64,000 bases of DNA from the IMG/VR virus record IMGVR_UViG_3300027972_000001, positions 28,169 to 92,168 of that record, one strand, 5' to 3'. A program made the translations under genes and the position numbers. This DNA is from a virus. The notes beneath the pieces are model-generated. The model ran no database searches and was not told where the DNA came from. It saw only the letters and a program-made list of their open reading frames with translations. This document shows, one piece after another, positions 59,947-64,000 of this stretch (the first letter of the stretch is position 1; each line of letters starts with the position of its first letter).

Positions 59947-61419
59947 TTATAGAGCCATTTCAAGCCAAAATGAAGTAGTGGCGTTCTTAAAGTTAATACC
60001 TCTTGAAGTCATAACTTCATAAGAAGCTTTATCTTTAGTAGTAGATAATTTAGAATCACGACCAGCTACAGCTTTCCATGCATCAGGAAGATTAGTAAGA
60101 CCAGTGTAAACACCAGCAATTTCTTCTCTACCTTTTTCAGCAACTAGAACAACATTACGTTCTCCACCTTCATCAAGACTATGATCAATAAAAACAAGAT
60201 TATAAGAAAACAATGGATAACCATTATACATTCTACCATTTTCTCTATCCTGTTCAGCAAGAGCGCCATGATCAAACATCTTACAAGGACGAACTGTTAT
60301 TACTCTACCATCAATAAGCTGATACTTGTTAAAATAAGCACCAAACTTCATATGTGAATCACCAGTAACAACTTTAGCACCAACAGCTACTACATATTCA
60401 GCAGATTCACCCATAAGCATAGTATGAAACATCTCTGCACCACCACGTCCAGTATATAATACAATTTCCATAGGAGTATTATCAACTCTATTATCAAATA
60501 CTGTACGAACAGTACTATCAAATTTAGCTTTAGTTAATACAGAAAAAGTATCATAATTACCAGCAGTCTGGATAATTTGTTTTACACCAGCACCTTTAGG
60601 AATAGGAAGACCGGTTTCAGGATCAATAGTTGTAATTATACCAGTTGTAGTTCTGTTATACTCTGAAAACCAAAGATCAGTTTCATCAAGCATTCTACGT
60701 TCAGTTTCCCACTGTTTAAGTTCAACAGGAAGCCACATATTAGTCTTTCCACCACCTTCAACATCAAATTCAACATTGACTACTTTATTAGCAACGTTAC
60801 CAGTGATAACTTTAGAATATCTCTGCCATCCAAACTGATTAGTAAGTTTACCAGGAACCATTCTATTGGAAGTAGTTCCATCAGACAACTGACCAGCTAC
60901 AGAAGTAGGACCCATTGCCCATGCTTGTCCAGCATAAAAGTTAGTAAGTGGAACATATGCTGTTGCATCACTTGTTATAAGCTGAACAGTAACTCTCCAA
61001 CGACCTTCAGATTCTTTTTTAGGTTCACTCTGAAAACGTACCTGATAAAGTTGATCAGGAGTATAAGCAGAATACTGATAGTGAATCCAGTTATCTTCAA
61101 ATATCACATCAAAATTAGTGAATCCAAGACCTGGATAAGTAAGACCAGTATCAGCCAGTGCAACTACTTTTGTAGTCCATCTGGTTCTACCCATAACAGG
61201 CCATGTATACTGAGTATCATTAAGTTCCTTAGGAGTCATAGATACAAAAGCATTCTGACCTTGTGTAGCGGTAAGTAGAGGAAACATATCACTATCTTTA
61301 CCCCAAAGATAAGTGAGGTTTTTACTTAGAGTAACCTGATCAATAAGACCAGATTTATACAGTAAATTCTCATCGAGATAGGTATTACTGTTGTACTCTG
61401 TTGCATACAATTCTCTCAT
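59947..61419 (-). CDS. major capsid protein
   Basis: 490 aa; LTYLWGKDSDMFPL, YTWPVMGR, GKLTNQ..R.S..I.GN, PIP.GAGV, LYTG.GG, FDHG typical of crAss-like MCP. Confidence 0.92.
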   Translation of the reverse strand: MRELYATEYNSNTYLDENLLYKSGLIDQVTLSKNLTYLWGKDSDMFPLLTATQGQNAFVSMTPKELNDTQYTWPVMGRTRWTTKVVALADTGLTYPGLGFTNFDVIFEDNWIHYQYSAYTPDQLYQVRFQSEPKKESEGRWRVTVQLITSDATAYVPLTNFYAGQAWAMGPTSVAGQLSDGTTSNRMVPGKLTNQFGWQRYSKVITGNVANKVVNVEFDVEGGGKTNMWLPVELKQWETERRMLDETDLWFSEYNRTTTGIITTIDPETGLPIPKGAGVKQIIQTAGNYDTFSVLTKAKFDSTVRTVFDNRVDNTPMEIVLYTGRGGAEMFHTMLMGESAEYVVAVGAKVVTGDSHMKFGAYFNKYQLIDGRVITVRPCKMFDHGALAEQDRENGRMYNGYPLFSYNLVFIDHSLDEGGERNVVLVAEKGREEIAGVYTGLTNLPDAWKAVAGRDSKLSTTKDKASYEVMTSRGINFKNATTSFWLEMAL

Positions 61420-61437
61420 AGAAAAAATTTAATTAAT

Positions 61438-62787
61438 TTAGTTAATTGGTAAAACAAGTTTACCGCCTTTTCCAGCGGCTCCGCTTCCTCCACCACCTGC
61501 TTTAGTGGTTAGCTTAATAACCTTCTTAACAATAGCATCAGAAGCATTTGCAGCGATAATTTGTGAATCATCGTATTTAGTAAATCTTCTATATGCATCA
61601 AAAAGATCGTTGTGGGGTGTGCGTTTAGTATCTTCAACAGCTTCATCATATTCAAGCTGTGTCATAGTATAATTTTGATTATTAATTCTAAAAGTTAAAG
61701 GTTTCTGAATATAATCTTGAAAATCTTTAATTGTTCTACTAACAATCTTACCTTCATTATCTTTAATTTTAATTACTTCTGGAATAATAAATTTCTTATC
61801 ACCAACAAGTAATTGTTTAGATGTAAGTGCTTTATTAACTTCATTCCAATAAGCAGTACGTCCTGCTTCCTCATCAGCTTTTATTTTAGCTACATCAGCA
61901 GCACGTTGTGTAATTGCATTTGTTTGTTCAGTTTTTAAATATGTTAATCCAGCTTCAGCAGCACTTTTAAGTTTTTTATCTGCTTTATAATAATTAACCA
62001 TATCAGTTATCTCACTCTGAGACAAACCTTGTGCTAATTTAGCTTTTGTAAATATATCAATATATTGAGATTCATCATCACCAAGAGTAATTTTAGAATA
62101 ATCAACATTTTCAGTAAAATCTTTTAAAGAACCATTAATAGTTAAATGTTCAATAATATCATTTAAAATAGGAAATCGTCCAAATAGATTACTTTCATAT
62201 TCTTCAGCACCTAATTTACGTCCTTCTTTATGTACATCTTGTACATACTGTGTAATACCTGGAAGAGTATTTTCATAAATAATAGGTTGATTGTTAGTAT
62301 CTATAATAGTAAGATTAGTTGTTTTTTGAATTTCTTTAACATAATCTACATCACTAGATTCTTCTTCTTGAGCAAGTAAAATAGCAGTTACTTCAGCCTT
62401 AGTTTTAATTACTTTATTTGTTGCATCAACTACATTACCATCTTTATCAAGTTTGTATTTTATTATAACTCCTTTATCATCTAGAAGTTCAACTTCTGCA
62501 TCTTCAATAAGTTGTTTTTCAACTTCTTTAGTCTTTTCTGCAAGTTTTTCAGCAGTTTCTCTAGCAGTTTTTTGAGCTTCAGTTTCTTGTCCAGCACCAC
62601 CAGTACCTTTTTTAAGAACCTCAAGTTCATCTTTAGTTTTAACTACTTTTCCAGTTTCATCTACAGCCTCACCTTTGTCATTGATTTTAAATGTATCATT
62701 ACCAATTACAAGGTCTGTAAAAACTGGAGGAGGAGGAGGAGAACCAACTCCACCACCAACTACATCAATAATTTTTGGATTTGCCAT
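61438..62787 (-). CDS. conserved protein upstream of MCP (putative scaffold, crAss gene 77-like)
   Basis: Acidic N-terminus, YENT..GI..Y, YWNEV...I.E, basic C-terminal tail; between portal and MCP. Confidence 0.65.
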   Translation of the reverse strand: MANPKIIDVVGGGVGSPPPPPVFTDLVIGNDTFKINDKGEAVDETGKVVKTKDELEVLKKGTGGAGQETEAQKTARETAEKLAEKTKEVEKQLIEDAEVELLDDKGVIIKYKLDKDGNVVDATNKVIKTKAEVTAILLAQEEESSDVDYVKEIQKTTNLTIIDTNNQPIIYENTLPGITQYVQDVHKEGRKLGAEEYESNLFGRFPILNDIIEHLTINGSLKDFTENVDYSKITLGDDESQYIDIFTKAKLAQGLSQSEITDMVNYYKADKKLKSAAEAGLTYLKTEQTNAITQRAADVAKIKADEEAGRTAYWNEVNKALTSKQLLVGDKKFIIPEVIKIKDNEGKIVSRTIKDFQDYIQKPLTFRINNQNYTMTQLEYDEAVEDTKRTPHNDLFDAYRRFTKYDDSQIIAANASDAIVKKVIKLTTKAGGGGSGAAGKGGKLVLPIN

Positions 62788-62894
62788 TGTTTAATGTTTA
62801 TCAGTTAATAATCTGTTATATGTTATAAAATTACTTATAATACTACTTTTATTAGCACTACTATCTTATTTTTCCAACGTATATAGTGTAAAAT

Positions 62895-64000
62895 TTACTT
62901 TTTACTGTTTTGCTTATTTTTAGTAGCAGTTAATCTTTCTCTAGCTAATCTTTCAGTACTAGCTATTTGTTTTTCTTTTAATCTATTTTTAATATTACTA
63001 TCATTAGTTTTAGCTTCTAATTTATCACGTTCTAATGCAATTTTATCTTCATTATCAACATTAGTAATATTAGAGTCAATATCATTATCATTATCATTTA
63101 ACCTTATACTAGCAACCTCTACAGCAGATTCTTTTCTTTTATCAGCAACATATTTAGCAGTCTCATTAATACTATCTTGTCTAGCAGTTTGTGCGTCAGC
63201 AACATATTTCTGTGCAGCAATTTCATTTGCTTTCATAGTTTCTTCAAACTTCCTGTTAGCTTCACTAATTTCTTTTATTGCTTGTCTTAATTCAGGAATG
63301 CTATCATACATAATAGCAGCAGCTGCAGATTCAGTATCACCATTCTGTCCAGCATTAAATCCAAGTGCTTTAAATTGATCTATTTTATCTTGATCTATTT
63401 TAGAATTTTCAACAGTAACACCATAATCACTTTCTCTATGTTGTTCTAGATTAATATCAATATATATTGGTTTACCTGTAGTTTTATCAATATAACTTCC
63501 ACGTTTTTCATCTTGATATGCAATCTTACTAAATTCCAAATCAGCTAAATGATCTCTTTCAAGTGCAGCGTGAAACATTGTAATAGCCAATACATTACCT
63601 ATTCTAGCTCTATAAATACCTTCTTGCATTACACCTTTACCAGTACTAGCCATCATATCACCTAATGCATAATTATTCATATTAGCAATTTCAAGTCCTT
63701 CTTCTTTATATTTATCACGTAATTCAATAAGTGTTTTAAGATAACTAGCAATATCTGGCATATTAACTATTCTAAAACCCTGAGCAACAGTATTGAAATC
63801 TACAGAAGTATCATCATATACTAAAGTGTTATCTGCTTTAATATAAAACATTTTTTCTTGTTTACTTCCAGTACTATCACTATTCAATAATGATTGCGGA
63901 ATAACTTGAATATATCCTTGATATTTAGCTATAGTACGTTCTTGCTGAAGAAGAATCATTCTATCTATAACCACATAAGGAATAAGACGTTTTGGAATAG
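62895..64000 (-). CDS. portal protein, 5'-truncated by the window edge
   Basis: Frame open to the edge (IPKRLIPYV...); ERTIAKY.G.I..IPQSL, GKGVMQE, DLEFSK.A, AGQNG, charged C-terminal tail. Confidence 0.85.
   Translation of the reverse strand, partial: IPKRLIPYVVIDRMILLQQERTIAKYQGYIQVIPQSLLNSDSTGSKQEKMFYIKADNTLVYDDTSVDFNTVAQGFRIVNMPDIASYLKTLIELRDKYKEEGLEIANMNNYALGDMMASTGKGVMQEGIYRARIGNVLAITMFHAALERDHLADLEFSKIAYQDEKRGSYIDKTTGKPIYIDINLEQHRESDYGVTVENSKIDQDKIDQFKALGFNAGQNGDTESAAAAIMYDSIPELRQAIKEISEANRKFEETMKANEIAAQKYVADAQTARQDSINETAKYVADKRKESAVEVASIRLNDNDNDIDSNITNVDNEDKIALERDKLEAKTNDSNIKNRLKEKQIASTERLARERLTATKNKQNSKK

Noticed and set aside
13728-62808. Many plus-strand ORFs of 60-156 aa opposite the virion genes, and off-frame nested ORFs such as 35001..35207 and 53613..53798
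   Set aside because: Shadow frames fully inside long real genes; F/I/S/L-biased composition, no motifs
11931-64000. Stop-codon reassignment (TAG or TGA), known in some crAss-like phages
   Set aside because: Very long ORFs are intact under code 11; TAG ends the RNAP gene right before a terminator and TGA ends several overlap-coupled genes
1-64000. tRNA genes and CRISPR arrays
   Set aside because: Intergenic gaps are short and AT-rich; no cloverleaf or regularly spaced repeats seen

Overview
A 64-kb, very AT-rich segment of a crAss-like phage (Crassvirales; host most likely Bacteroidota), read with the standard genetic code. Bases 1-11.8 kb (+ strand) hold small accessory genes plus nucleotide and DNA metabolism genes: HD-like protein, dNMP kinase, ThyX, ATP-dependent ligase, Gp157-like, DUF932, dUTPase and a GIY-YIG nuclease. 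These converge at a terminator near 11.9 kb with a long minus-strand virion block in crAss-type order: portal (partial), putative scaffold, major capsid, two conserved capsid-module genes, duplicated ring proteins, IHF-like protein, a compositionally foreign lectin/fibre cassette, membrane proteins, tail ring, tail fibre cluster, muzzle, two cargo proteins and a single 6063-aa virion RNA polymerase polyprotein. The most notable observation is that this presumably injected polyprotein appears to carry inserted ADP-ribosyltransferase-like, NADAR-like, ASCH-like and degenerate zincin (HDxxH) domains, a possible co-delivered ADP-ribose writer/eraser kit. Also notable are a three-copy promoter motif with an extra RTCAA element and an operator-like palindrome. 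All assignments come from motif recognition and synteny by eye; no searches were run.
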